NCBI RefSeq assembly: GCF_009914755.1
Contig: NC_060948.1
Strand: one strand, 5' to 3'
Length of the DNA stretch: 64,000 bases
DNA from: the human T2T-CHM13v2.0 reference genome, Homo sapiens
The notes under the pieces were generated by a model. It ran no database searches and was not told the origin of the DNA. It saw only the letters and a program-made list of their open reading frames with translations. The translations under genes and the position numbers were made by a program. Below are positions 32,138 through 48,768 of the stretch, piece by piece (position 1 is the first letter of the stretch; each line of letters begins with the position of its first letter).

Positions 32138-32196
<59 letters not shown>
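31978..32196 (+). repeat. Complex (GAAA)n/(GAAG)n microsatellite grown from the Alu tail
   Basis: [GAAA]13 at 31983-32034, interrupted middle with GAAGGAAA octamers, [GAAA]15 at 32136-32195; purine only. Confidence 0.97.
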
Positions 32197-32445
32197 TTAG
32201 TTAATAATGGCATTACTCATAATGGACCCAAGCTTGGAAGAACCTGAATGTCAGCCAACAGCAGAACAGATAAACATATTGTGCAATATTAGTAAAGCTG
32301 AATGCACACAACAATAAACAAACCACTGCCATGTGCAACACCATGGATAGAGCTCACAAGCCTAAAGCTGAGAAAAGCAGCCAAAAGAAAAGATCCCATT
32401 TATAAAGCGAATAATAGGAAAACTAATCTATAGTGTAAAAAGTCA

Positions 32446-32793
<348 letters not shown>

Positions 32794-33144
32794 TTAGGTG
32801 TTAACTATGTGAAAATTTTGAGTTGTACGTTCATGATCTCCTTACCTGTATGCCTCTCATACCACAATAAAAAAAATTAAGTACGAGACTAACATAATAG
32901 AGCTTGAAATGTGCAGAAATTGAGGGAGCTCGCCCAAGGAAATCATTACTAAACAGATACTAAAAGATTTCAGACAGGAGGAAAATGATCCCAAGTGGAA
33001 GATCTGGGATATAAGAAGAAATGAAGAGCAGGAAAAAGACAGGTGAATATATGGATAAAACTAAACAAATGTGAAATGTATAAAACAATAGAAGTAATGT
33101 CCCATGAAATATAAAAAGAAAAATGATAAAATATATCAAAACAA

Positions 33145-33590
33145 CTTTGATGGGTCACAAGATAATTATGCTGAATAAAAAAACTCAATCTCAAAATATT
33201 AGACATTGTATGGATTCATTTACATGTGTTCTTGAAATAAAGTTACAGAGATGAAAAACCCATTAGTGGTTGCCAGGGGTCAGGGAGTGAGGAACGTGTT
33301 TGTGACTATAAAATGGGTAGCACAAGGGATCCATCCTTCTGATGGAACTCTTCTATATCTTGACGATGGTGATGGTGATTAGGTATCTAATCTATGTACA
33401 CGATAAAATTTCATAGCACTAAATACACAAAAAAACCTAAAAGTGCACATAAAACTGGTGAAATCTGAACAAGGTAGTTATGCAAGACGTTACCATTGGG
33501 AGAAACTGAGTGAAGACTATATTGGATTTCTTTATATTATTTCTTAAAAGCACCTGTGAATCTGCAATTATGTCAAAACAAAAAGTTGAA
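33145..33590 (+). mobile_element. L1MC/L1MD-like 3' end
   Basis: ATTATGCTGAATAAAAAAACTCAATCTCAAAA..TTAGTGGTTGCCAGGGG..GACGTTACCATTGGGAGAAACTG..TGTGAATCTGCAATTA. Confidence 0.65.
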
Positions 33591-34057
33591 AATATACTGT
33601 TGTAGCATAACTCAAGAGGAGTTTAATGCAATGAAAGTATTCTTAAGTTATCCTATCACCCAGGAGGAGGATAAATTTTCAACTTTCATAACTTAAATAT
33701 GCACATTTAAATTAGCATGACAGTTACTAAAAGAATATAAACAAAGACTAACTTAAAATGACTAGAGAAGAAAAAAATCCCACCAATTGAAAAGAAGGCA
33801 AGAAAGGAAAAAAGAAACATAAGTAGGATAAATAGAAAGTGACAAAATGACACAAACACACATGCATGTACATACACACCACTCACCATCTATACAGAAT
33901 CCAAGTATGTCAGAATACAAATACATGCAAATGGACTAAGTAATCCAATTAAAGATGGATAAATTGTTAAAATCCCATTCCATGCTATTTATAAGTCATA
34001 TTTAAAATACAAAGATATAGAATGATTTTAAAAGGTATTAAAATATGTATCAGAGGA

Positions 34058-34335
34058 GCTGGACTTGGCGGCACATGCCTGTAATCCCAGTGACTCAGGA
34101 AGCAGAGGTGAGAGGATCACTTGAGACCAAGAGCTCAAGACCAGCCTGGGCAATATAGCCAAATTCTATCTCTAAAGAAATAAAAACAATTATTTGGCAG
34201 TGGTGGCACACATCACTCTAAAGACTGAGGTAGGAGGATCATTTGAGCCCAGGAGTTTAAGGCAGCAGAGAGCCACAGTCACGCCTGTGAACAGCCCCTG
34301 CACTATAGCCTTGGCAGCACAGTGGAAAAAAAAAT
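34058..34335 (+). mobile_element. AluJ, degenerate, with (CA)n after the tail
   Basis: GAGGATCACTTGAGACCAAGAG..CCTGGGCAATATAG and second GGAGGATCATTTGAGCCCAGGAG monomer. Confidence 0.75.
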
Positions 34336-34940
34336 ACACACACACACACACACACACGTGAAAGATACACAGTGCAAAGTTTAACCAAAGTTACCATAGC
34401 TATATCATACATAATGTTGAAAGCATACATAAATGAAGGAAAACATTTCATTTTGATAAAAGTTCAAATTAAAAAAAAGATGTATATTTTTTGAATCATA
34501 TGCACCCAAGTACAGCCTCAAAAAGCAAAAGTTGACAGATGAGGAGACAGACAAATCCATGCTTCTAGTAGGATATTTAATATATCTCTCAGTAAATAAA
34601 GTATAAAAATAATTAGGGAGGATGAAGATTTAAAATTATGAAAAAATAGACTAAATGCACACATACAGAACATGAGATTTAACTGCAGAAATAGACTTCC
34701 CTTCAAGAAACTGTGGACACGTTCAAAAATTAACCATATAGACGAGTGTTAAAACAAGTAAAAAATTTCAAAGAAAGTGGAGAGATCATAATTTCTGGTA
34801 ACAATTTTAGAAACTTTCTAAAAGTATACTTTTAAATAGCCCATAGCTTGAAGATAAAATAAGGCAAATTCATCATCAATTCTACATATTTAAAACTGTA
34901 GGATATAATTAAATCCATTCATAAGGGGAAAATGATAGTC

Positions 34941-35155
34941 TTTTTTTTTTTTTTTTTTGAGATGGGGTCTCACTCTGTCACCCCGGCTAGAGTGCAGTAG
35001 CACAATCTTGGCTTACTACCCTCCACCTCCTGGGCTCAAGTGAGCCTCCCACCTCAGCCTCCTGAGTAGCTGGGACCACAGGCTCACACCACTACACCTG
35101 GCTAATTTTTTGTGTGTTTGGTAGAGATAAAGTTTCACCATGTTGTCCAGGCTGG
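34941..35155 (-). mobile_element. 5'-truncated AluJ with TSD
   Basis: Poly-T then GAGATGGGGTCTCAC..GGGCTCAAGTGA; flanked by GGGGAAAATGATAGTCT (34925) and GGGGAAATTTATAGTCT (35154). Confidence 0.85.
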
Positions 35156-35214
35156 GGAAATTTATAGTCTTAAATGAGAACATTAGAAAAGGAACTTGGG
35201 AAAAACATCAACAG

Positions 35215-35467
35215 ACCGGGCACAGTGGCTCAAGCATGTAATCCCAGCACTTTGGGAGGCCGAGGCAGGTGGATCATGAGGTCAAGTGATCGAGACAATC
35301 CTGCCCAACATGGTAAAACCCCATCTCTACTAAAAATACAAAAATTAGCTGGGTGTGGTGGCACACACCTGTAGTCCCAGCTACTCGGGAGGCTGAGGCA
35401 GGAGAATTGCTTGAGCCGAGATTGTGCCACTGCACTCCAGCCTGGTGAAAGAGTGAGACTACGTCTC

Positions 35468-35495
<28 letters not shown>
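35215..35495 (+). mobile_element. AluSc-like with ~25-bp internal deletion
   Basis: GGATCATGAGGTCAAG and CCTGGTGA diagnostics; TTGCTTGA joined directly to GCCGAGAT; A28 tail. Confidence 0.85.
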
Positions 35496-35500
<5 letters not shown>

Positions 35501-35631
35501 GCATCAGTCAACAAATCAGACAAAGAACAAGTTAAATTCAAAGAAAGAAAAAGGAAAAACATAACAAACAAATGAAATACAAAAGAAACACACAATAGAA
35601 TCAGCCAAGCTAAAACTTGTGGTTCTTTTGG

Positions 35632-35781
35632 TTTTCAGATAGGGTCTCATTCTGTTGCCCAGGCTGGAGTGTAGTGGCTTAATCACAGCTTAGTACAGCC
35701 TCCCCCTTACAGGCTCAAGCGATCTTCCCACCTTTTCCTCTCAAAGTGCTGGGATTACAGGTATGAGCCACCATGCCCTGC
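35632..35781 (-). mobile_element. AluJ-derived monomer-length fragment
   Basis: GGGTCTCATTCTGTTGCCCAGGCTGG..CAAAGTGCTGGGATTACAGGTATGAGCCACC. Confidence 0.75.
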
Positions 35782-35914
35782 TAAAATCTGGTTCTTTAAA
35801 AATACATTATAAAATTCACAGACCTTTAGCAAGATTTGTCAAGAAAAAGCAGTCAAACAACAATCTTGCACAGGAGGACTGTACTACAGATAGAAAGACT
35901 CTGAAAGGAAGTCA

Positions 35915-36217
<303 letters not shown>

Positions 36218-36268
36218 TCATAATGTAAAATTATGAATACCTTTATGCCAACAGACTTTAAAGCATAG

Positions 36269-36568
<300 letters not shown>

Positions 36569-36932
36569 TGGTGAGATATGAATTTCTAGGGAAAAAAATC
36601 AAAATTCACTCCAAAAGTAGAAAAAAAACTTACATAGATTAAATATATTGAATCAGTCATGAAAATCTTCCCATAAAGAAATTTGTAGGCCCAAGTGCCT
36701 TCACCAAAAAGTTCCATGAAACATACAAGAGAAACAAACCAACCAAACAAACAAAAAAAAACTCTTCCACTAACACAAACAGAGAATACAGAAAGAAGAC
36801 TCCCCAGTTCATTTTACAAGGTTAAAATAAAAATAACCTTGATATCAAAACCCAATAAGGCAAGGGCAAGAAAAAATATTTGCAGGCCATCATTATTCAA
36901 CGTGGATCAGAAATTATTTTTAAGATGTACTA

Positions 36933-37221
36933 GCCAGGTGTGGTGGTCATACCTATAATCCTAGTAGTTTGGGAGGCCCGAGTGAGAGGATGGCCTGAGC
37001 TCAGGAGTTTGAGACCAGCCTGGGCAACAAGGCAAAATCCCGTCTTTATAAAAAATACAAAAATTAGCTGGGCATGGCAGCACACCTATAGACCCAGCTA
37101 TTCGGGAGGCTGAGGTGGGAGGATCACTTGAGCCTAGCAGGTTGAGAATGCAGTGATCCCTGATCATGCCACTGTGCTCCAGCCTGGGCAACAGAGTGAG
37201 ACCCTGTCTCAAAACAACAAC
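36933..37221 (+). mobile_element. AluJ
   Basis: Full dimer; GGGAGGATCACTTGAGCC, GAGACCCTGTCTC. Confidence 0.88.
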
Positions 37222-40006
37222 AGAAAGATATACTGACCACCTGTGATGCTGGCCAGGATGGCGTATGCATGCTATGGCCTGTCATTTCCACTGATCACAA
37301 TTTGAAACTCTGGACAAAATATAAATAGCAATGACCTAAGAACTCTGAAAAGTAACCAGCAGACAGGTTGGGAAACGTCAAAACCTGAAGAATTATCTGG
37401 ATGGCGGTGGTGAGAGATCATATTCTGAGTCATAAAACAAACCCTGAAGTTAAACAATTAAAATTCAGTGAATTATTTTCTCTGATGACAGAATTAAACT
37501 AGGAATCTAGAACATTTCTAGAACATTCCCAAATATGAGAAGTTAAATGGTGTACTTCTAAATGGCCCATAGGTCAAAGAGAGTATCTTAAGACAAATTG
37601 GAAAACAGTTTGAACTTAATAAATATGACATCATCTTATCAAAATATGTGCTTACAGGGCAATTTATAGCACTAAATTATGAGAAATGAAGCATCAAATC
37701 AATAATGTAAGCATTTACTTTAAGTAAAAAAAGAACCAAATAAACTCAAATCAGGCATAAGAAAAACAGACTAAATCAGTAATATTTAAACAAAAACAGT
37801 AAAGGAAAAAAATTCAACGAAATCCAAAGTTGGTTCTTTGCAGGGGTGGTGGGAGGTGGAAATCAATCAAATGAGGAAGCCTCTAGCAGACTGACAAAGG
37901 AAGAAGAGAAAACACAAATTGCCAATACCAGAAATGAAAGGAATATTATTACAAATCCTGTAGACACTAGAAGGCTATAATGGATACTACAAAAACAAAA
38001 CAAACAACTATATGCTTCTAAATTCTACAAATTAGGTGAAATAGATCAATTCCTTGAAAGACAGACTACCAAAACTCAAGAAGAAACAGACAGCTTGAAT
38101 ACCCCTGTATTTATTAAAGAAACAGAAGTGGCACAGCACTTTGGAAGACAATTTGGCAGGTTCTGATAAAGTCAAACGTACACGGACCATGTGACTCGGC
38201 AATCCTACCCTTAGGCATTTGCACAAGTGAAATGAAAACCTATGCTCAGACAAAAAGCACTTTGTGAATTCCAATCCACTTATAATTTACCAAAAAGTGA
38301 AAATAGTCCATATTCCTCCAATGACAAACCAATAAGCAAACCATGTAGTATTTATACAATGGATTACTATTTGGCAATAAAAAGGAATAACTGTTGATGC
38401 AGTACATGAAAGTAGCCAGACTCAAAAGGCTACATCCTGAACGATTCCATTTGTATAAAATTCTGAAAAAAAAGCAATGCTAGAGGAACACAGATCAGTG
38501 ATTGCCAGAAGTTTACAATGGAAGGTTTTACTATAAAGGGCAAGGTAATTTTTGGAGTGATCATATAATTTTGTAATCTACCAAAAACAAACATAATAAA
38601 TGGGCAGATAAGTAAAGTTCACGGATTGGAAAGTTCAATATTGCAAAGGTCTCCCAAAAATGACCTATCAATTTAATCCCAGTGGAAATTCCAATCAGTT
38701 TTGTGAAGGCTGCTAAGTCAACTCTAAAATGGCCAAGAATAGACAAGATCACCGGAGAGGAAACAGGGAGGTGGACACAAATATCTTCTGATTGATGAGT
38801 GAAATCATTAGAAGGCCAGCAAAAATACAAGTAAGCCAGAATTTCTAAAGCACCACAAAAGAACACTAGTTAGTAGTGCATCTAGGTATCTCTCAAATTT
38901 GTTGTAAACATAGGCCTTTAAAAAAACATTAGAAACTGATATTTAAAGAGATATAAACTCATATTAAGCTTTTAAAAAATTCTAAGCAAGGGCCTCACCT
39001 AATTTCATAAAAGGTTGCATAGAAGCAACCATTGCTGCAAACGATGTGCTGCCCTGAGATGTGAGGATCCCAGTGGTCCCTCTGGGTCAACAGCAGCTAC
39101 CGCGGCTGAGCCCAAACTCTGACACATTATCTATCTACAATCATTATTTTTAACAATTTATATCAATGCTACCCATAAGGCACAGAGAAGCAGAAATGTT
39201 TATGTGGCCTCCTGCCAAAAACAATCACTTGCACTTATTTCTAGGACTACTCCAGAAGACAGTATTAGAAGTTTTTCAATTTAGAAAAACATTTACAGCA
39301 AAGAAAAAAATCTCTGTAAATTTCCTGCTTAACCAATCTAGTGAATTGTGATGAGCCATATAAATTCATTTAGCCACCTTATGAAAGACTTAATCCAAAG
39401 TCACTTCTAACTTCTAGAAGAGCTAATGCATTATAATAACAGTTGTGAAAGACTCAAAGGCCAGAAATGTCAAGGTGTGGTCTATATCTTAAATCCAGAA
39501 AAAAAACAAAAAGCAAGATGTACAGGCCAAATGATTGCCAATTTCTTCTGCCTATGTCATCTTTCTTCACTATAACCTGAAATTACATTTCATGTTTGAC
39601 AATTCTCAGCAAGGAGACAAAACAAGCTTATGAGTAAAATAATAGAAAGCAGAGCCACAGAGAGTACGAGAGGCAGGAGTCATCTCCCAAGTCCAAGTTC
39701 AACTTCTATATTATTAGACAGGGCCTCAGTGTCTTTGAACTGTAAGGAATTAATATTGATTGTAGCATGAGTAAAACCTATCTTCTACTCATCATGAAAA
39801 GTCACAGTCGTTTTGTTTAAAGACTCCAGAATTATTATGGGCAGAAACAAGAAGGTTACACACTTATTTGGTGAAATGAGGAATCAGGAATGAGCATTCC
39901 CAAGAGAATACAATTACAAAAGTAAAATATCCTAGAGTTTTTGGGCTGCTTAAAAAACCCAGAAAGAAGTGCCAAATGAGAAAATAATCAAATTCAGTGG
40001 AAAAAC

Positions 40007-41305
<1,299 letters not shown>

Positions 41306-41481
41306 GATTTTAACCAGTCTTAAGTGTGCAGTTATTGGCATTAAGTGCATTCATGTTGTTGTACAACCATCACCACCATCCATCTCCAGAACATTTTCAT
41401 CATCCCGAGTGAAACTCTGTACCCAGTAAGCAATAAGCCCTCATGCCTCTCTACCCCAGCCTCTGGCAACCACCAAACTAC

Positions 41482-41774
41482 CTTTTTTTTTTTCTTTTTT
41501 CTGACAGGGTCTCTCTGTCGCCCAGGTTGGAGTACAGTGGCATGATCATAGTTCACTGAAAGCTTGAACTCCCAGATTCGAGTGATCCAACCCACCTCAG
41601 CCTCCCCAGTAGTTGGGACTACAGGTATGTTCCACCACACCTGACTTTTCTTTTTAAAGTAGAGATGAGGTCTCCCTATGTTGTCTAGCCTGGTCTTGAA
41701 CTCTTGGGCTGAAGTGATCCTCCTGCCTTATCCTTCCAAGATGTTGGGATTACAGGAATGAGCCACTGAGCCTG
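41482..41774 (-). mobile_element. AluJ
   Basis: GACAGGGTCTC..ATCATAGTTCACTG..GTGATCCTCCTGCC. Confidence 0.85.
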
Positions 41775-41839
41775 ACTATCCTACTTTGTTTCTATGAATT
41801 TTACTGATCTAGATATCTCATATAAGTGGAATCATATAT

Positions 41840-42815
41840 AAGGGAGGAAAAATATTTTTCCTCCACCCTTCTAATTTCTTGGCTGGGGATCTTTTAACAA
41901 AAGACAGATTAACAAGAGAAAAGCATACACATTTACTTAACATAAGTTTTATATGACACAGAAAAAATTGACTTTTCTGGAAGTAACTTGATATAACTAG
42001 GAGCCTTTGTAAGGAAATAAAGACCTGAAGAAACAGTTAAACATATGTCTTTGTATATTAGGTTTGTCAAAAGACTAAATTACAACAAATTAGGTTTTAT
42101 ATTATCAGAGGACTACAACAAATTTATAGATTTAATTGGCTTTTATTCATGATTCATGAATCTGGGCACCTTCCACTCTACAAAACAGAATGAGAGTTCC
42201 CACTGGGCAATAGCAGAACCACAGGTTTTATGAGGTAGCAACAAGGAAACAGAATAGAAAAACCTGATTGGTTAACATCAAGCTACTTCAGTTACTTTTT
42301 TTAATGGTTAAAGCAGAGGGCACTTCCTTCTTCCACTGATTTAAGTAGACTGGAATCTCATGTTTTCAGGAAAAACTGGTCTGTTTGGGGATCTGCTTCC
42401 TTAAAGTTTCAGTTTGATGACACAGCATTTAGCATAAGTAATTCCATTTTGGTTTGGTCTGATCTGTTGAAGGCTAGTGCAGGGGCTCAGCCCAAAAGAA
42501 TGACCTCCCATAATTTTTAACAGTTTGATAAAGAGTGGAGAGAAGCAGAAAATTGCGAGAGGACAAAAAGGGTTAGGAGCTAAGTGTAGTAAACTGGGAG
42601 GAACAGCAGGAACTATCATTCAGATTCCTCTCAGCGTTATCTTAAGAGACAAAGATGCTCCTTCCTCCAGGGACAGGGACGGCACCTCTCACCCAAGGGC
42701 CTTGTGACCTGCATCAGAGAAGAGGGTGAGAAGGTCAGAGTGTCCTTCCTATCATTTCTGAGTTTCCTTCAGCTTCAAACATTCAATATGCTAAGGTGGC
42801 TATTTTGGAGATTAT
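41840..42815 (-). mobile_element. ERV1-class solo LTR (MER31-like) with a second LTR (MER65-like, ~42065-42522) nested inside
   Basis: Outer: ACAAAAGACAGATTAACAAGAGAAAAGC..resumes GTTTGATAAAGAGTGG; inner begins TGTCAAAAG and ends TTTAACA with GTT on both sides. Family names tentative. Confidence 0.55.
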
Positions 42816-43247
42816 CAAGAAGCTGATCACATAAAATACTTGTTCTTTGGTGACTGGTTTATTTCATGTGGCATAATGTCTTCCATGTTCATCCATGGTG
42901 TAGCATGTGTCAGAATTGCCTTTCTCTGTAAGCCTGAATAGTATTCTACTGCATATAGTGTATATATACCATATTTTTTTATTCATTTGCAGATAGACTC
43001 TTGGCTTGCTTCCACCTTTTGGCTATTATGGATAATGCAATGGTATATTTTAACTACAGATCTTTTTACACCAAATAGACATAAACAATCAAAAGAATTT
43101 ATCCTAGGCCCACAGAGAAGGCAGATGGGGTCCTTGATCAATTACAGGGGTTCTCTTTTTAAAATGACTTCTTCATAAACCTATGTGAGGGGAATACTGA
43201 CAGTACCTACTTTTTATAGATGGAAATTCTATTTAAGAGCTCTCATG

Positions 43248-43540
<293 letters not shown>

Positions 43541-43751
43541 ATTCTCATTACTTTCTCATATTACACAGAGGAGCTAAATATGACAATTAACTGAAGAAAG
43601 ACAAACTGCTAATCTCAAGCAGTTATTACAAACTGTCAAGTTAATATAGACAGCAATCTGCAGTTTAAAAATGCCAATCACTACAAATCACAGGGAAAAC
43701 ATCTGTGCTTCAGTGGAAACACTACATTGTTTAGATCACACTCCTTCAGAC

Positions 43752-44039
43752 TTTTGAGATAGGATCTCCCTCCATCACCCAGACTGGAATGCAAGGGTAT
43801 GATCCTGGCTCACAGCAACCTCCACTTCCCTGGCTCAAGGGATTCTCCCACCTCAGCCTCCTGAGTAGCTGGGACTACAGGCTCATGCCATCATGCTCAG
43901 CTAATTTTTGGAAACTTTTTTTGTAGAGAGAGGGTCTATGTTGCTCAGGCTGGTCTTGAACTCCTGGGGTCAAGAGATCTGTCTACCTCAACCTCCCAAA
44001 GTGCTGGGATAACAGGAGTGAGCCACTGCACCCAGCGCC
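43752..44039 (-). mobile_element. AluJ
   Basis: Antisense dimer, GGCTCAAGGGATTCTCCCACCTCAG, TGTTGCTCAGGCTGG. Confidence 0.85.
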
Positions 44040-44385
44040 TTTAAGGTTTTCTAGTCTAGCCTTTCACCTGTTTTATGGTATGTGAAGTTGAAAAGAACTG
44101 ATAATGCAAATGATTCTTGTTTATAAATATGCAAATCAACCTGCCTTGGAAAGCCAATCCTTCTCCATGTGGCAAAGCCACTTATGCATCAATTTCCAGT
44201 TTATTTCAATATTCTGAGTAATAGATGTGTCCGTCCCTTTGGGTTCCCTTTTGAACTGGTTGTAACATCTCACTGCTCACTTCATTAATAAAATATTTAA
44301 CATTTATATCTATATGAGTGATAGTTTTTCCTGTTTTTGAAAAGTTACCCTTTAACAAATATAACATGCACAGGTGAGTTAATGC

Positions 44386-44535
44386 CATGCTTCTCAAAGT
44401 ATGGCCTGTGGAAGGAGCAGCCTGGCGCTCCCTCACAGTATTTTTGACAGAAATGCATTCCACTGGGCCCCACCTCAGGAGTGTGGAGTTGTAGCCGGAT
44501 CCCTTTCACTGACACATTAAAGTTAGAGCCACCCT
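44386..44535. mobile_element. MER5A-like hAT DNA transposon remnant
   Basis: TTCTCAAAGTATGG..GAAATGCA..GGGCCCCACCTCAG..ACATTAAAGTTAGAGCCAC. Confidence 0.6.
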
Positions 44536-45129
44536 AGGTTAATACACATCACTGACCGGCCTCAAGGAATAGGAGTGCTGGGTCTATCAGTCTCTCCCAA
44601 CCATTCCCTGGGCTTTGCCAAGTGCTTTCTGCCTGCCGAGCTCACTCTTGGATCAGATGGGGCCTCCCTGCCAGCAGTTCTACCTCATCCTCTCTGCACC
44701 TAAGTCAACTCCAGAGTTCACAGACCTCACTTCTGATCTCCACCACCCCTCCTCCCCTTCCACGGTGACTCAAACCTTCAGGCAGTGAAAATAAGGAGAC
44801 TCACAAACTAGGAGACTACAGCTTCAGACCACACATTTTCCACTGAGCCAGTACCTGAGCAAAAACTAGTTTTCTGGAGTTGGGGGGATGAGAAGATTTG
44901 ATATTGAAAGTGTCCTTGGTGGCATTTCAAAGCTCAACATCATCTAACAAAAATTTTATTCCTTTTTCATTTCTGTTAGGGAATGTTTAGTTTTTCCTCT
45001 TTGATAATGAAAATTTGGTTAACAAACATTGCTTTGGACCAATCTTCCTTTTCACAAATCACTGAGGTGTGTCTATCCACAAGTTCTCAGTTCAGCCTAC
45101 ATTTTCCAGTCTTCCATTTACCTATTCAA

Positions 45130-45410
45130 CTAATACCTGAGTGCCTGGCATGTGTCGGCCCTGTGAACATGCTGGTGACAGTGTGAGCAGGCAGGGCTGG
45201 TTCCTGTCCTCATGAAGCTTATACTACCTGAGGCTGGGGTGTAGAAATCGACACATTAAAAAGGCTACTGAGACTTTAAAAAAAAAAATATATATATATA
45301 TATATGAGAGGCATACAAAGATGCTGAGCTGGAGCTTTGGAAAATGAAGAAAAAGTAATACAAATTTAAAATGTGACATCGAGGAATGAAGACCATCACT
45401 TAACATATCC
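45130..45410 (+). mobile_element. L2 fragment
   Basis: TACCTGAGTGCCT..GGCCCTGTG..CCTGTCCTCATGAAGCTTATA..TGAGCTGGAGCTTTGGAAAATGA; strand follows the usual L2 3'-end reading and is uncertain. Confidence 0.45.
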
Positions 45411-45729
45411 TATGTTTAAAAAATCGAATGTCCATAGGAAGTTGTCTGGGAGGTGGGCAGGGTTTCATACTGTAATGAGTATTTAGAAAGCTTAGAAGAG
45501 TTCTAATGGTTCTTAATTTAAGAATTATAAGAGGTAGATTCAGGTAGAGAGAGATTCCCATGATATTCACTGCTGGGTGGAGAAGGAGATCCATCCCCCT
45601 CCACTCACAAACATCCTCTTTGTGTTTTTACTCGGCAGTCCTTCATTTAGCTGATCCATCTGTATTTATATTTGTTCTCTTCTGGATCTTGTTTCATAGT
45701 CAATATCAAGTGTTTTTGTGTAAACTGCC

Positions 45730-45930
45730 TGGTCTTGACAGACCAGGCACGAAGGTAGGCACCATTCACACAGCATTGCATTTAATCTTCACAAGACCCC
45801 TGCAAGGTGGGTCTCAGCCTCCCCTGATACAGGTGAAGCAGGAGGCTCAGGGCTGCTACAACTTGCCCCCAGTCCCAGAGCTGGTACACAGCAACCCAGA
45901 TTGACGGATTCCTATACCCATCCATGCTGC
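45730..45930 (-). mobile_element. MIR
   Basis: CATTTAATCTTCACAAGACCCCTGCAAGGTGG..ACAGGTGAAGCAGGAGGCTCAG..ACTTGCCCCAGTCCCAGAGCTGGTA. Confidence 0.7.
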
Positions 45931-46568
45931 CTAGCCTAAACATGTTGTTGGTGCCAAAATTGTTTAAATTAACCCGAGGTTATCTAAAATTAACTCAAAG
46001 TTAACATACGCTATTTGGAAGTAGTGGTGGCAATGACTTATCAGAGAACTTTTAAGGGAAACAGCTGTGGCAAACGAGCCTGACTCACACTGAAGTTATC
46101 TGTAATCAAGTTGCCAACTGACAACTGATTAGTGAATGAAGCTGAGCGCCAGGACTCACGACAGCTGTCTGTTTCATAAACACGCCCTCGTTCCTCCTTT
46201 TGGCCGACTACTAAAGGGTTTAGGTGTCACGCAGCATTTAGATGTTATGCAGAATGAGCAACAAGCAAAGTGTAGGTGCAATCAGATAAGAGCGGAGAAT
46301 TACCAGTATCTTTACAATCACCTGTTGGTCATTTCTGTGGATAATCACCAATTCAGAACAGCAAGGACTGAGAAGCCACAAGGTTCCCTTAAAAGGCCTC
46401 ATCCACTTGCATACTTCTGTTTTCAGGAAACAAAAATTACGTTATGTGGGCTCACAGTCAATAGATTTTTGTTCTGATTTGTATTTCCATGATACATAAT
46501 TAAGTTTTGTGGTTTGAGGTTGAAAGAATTCTGAATATGTATGCTAACACTGATTCACATTAAAGCTA

Positions 46569-46892
<324 letters not shown>

Positions 46893-47015
46893 TTAAGTAG
46901 ATGATTGAATATTTTAACCAAAGGTGTAAATTATTAACCAGGATATTTAAAAAGCAATGAATTGAAGTTGCTGACATTTTTAAGAGAGCTGTTTCTTTCC
47001 CTAAAGTTTTAATAT

Positions 47016-47018
<3 letters not shown>

Positions 47019-47064
<46 letters not shown>
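47019..47064 (+). repeat. (AC)23 microsatellite
   Basis: Perfect dinucleotide run. Confidence 0.97.
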
Positions 47065-47066
<2 letters not shown>

Positions 47067-48021
47067 GTATACTTGGGTGGTGCCAATAAAAAGGAAACAA
47101 AAATAAAATGGAGAAATGGAGATAATGATGAACCCAAGCTAAAGGAAGAGGAGGAGGGGGTAGATATATGTTATTTTCGTTCTTTCCTATTTCACTCTTC
47201 ATTGGAAAAGCACTTGAGTTACAGTTTGTGATTCTGTTAGTCCTTCAGTATGGTAAAACAAACAGGTTTATCTCATGTGCAAATAATCAATGAGGAGTGG
47301 TTGCCTCCAAGAGCCTGGGTAATGTTGACCTTAGTGGGAAGGATCTGAATCAGCTGCCAGGGCCACACATGTGCTGTGTGTTTGTTGATCCCGCCTTATG
47401 TCAACCAGTCAACATCAAAAACGATCAGGGCATTGCTAGGCAACCGCTTCTTCAGTCTTCACTAGTCAATTATTGTGATTAGGATATTTTGTTTTCCTAA
47501 ACGGAACTTGATAGATGGATAGAATGGATTCTACATCGCATTTTTTTCCCCTCTATCACGCACAGATGCCGTTGAGTATATCGTCTCCTCCTTCTGTGCA
47601 GGGAGCCCGCCCTATGTAAGGTTAACAGGAAGGACACAAAGGTATGCAGTGTAGAAAAAAATAGAAATAAGGACCCAGACATAACTCTGAAGGAGCTTCT
47701 AACCATGTTGTGCAGATGAGGAAGACTCAATAATTAGTAAGTTATCCAAAGAAATTAGGGCTTTTTACTAGCAGAACAGTAAAAATTCTAAGTTTGATAA
47801 CACACTGAGTTGAGAAGGCTGTGGGAAAGAGGTATTCACTCACATTGCTGCTAGAAGTATAAACTGGTATAACCCGTCTAGAGGAGAGTGATTTAACAAT
47901 TATCAAAACTAACCACCTAGTCCACATCTAGACATTTATTTTGCAGATATACTTGCCCAAATGCAAAATGTCAGATACACATTGTTTCTTGCAGCTTTGC
48001 TTATAATTGTAAAAATAGCTC

Positions 48022-48768
<747 letters not shown>

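Larger units (their letters stand above)
41306..43050 (-). mobile_element. L1MB-like 3' end split by an AluJ and nested LTRs
   Basis: Collinear pieces at 41306-41480 (CATTCATGTTGTTGTACAACCATCACCACC), 41775-41838 (CTCATATAAGTGGAATCATA) and ~42835-43050 (TGACTGGTTTATTTCA..TTCATCCATGGTGTAGCATGTGTCAG). Confidence 0.75.

Noticed and set aside
31815-32213. Lys/Glu/Arg-rich and Phe/Leu/Ser-rich ORFs
   Set aside because: Translations of an Alu plus the (GAAA)n microsatellite.
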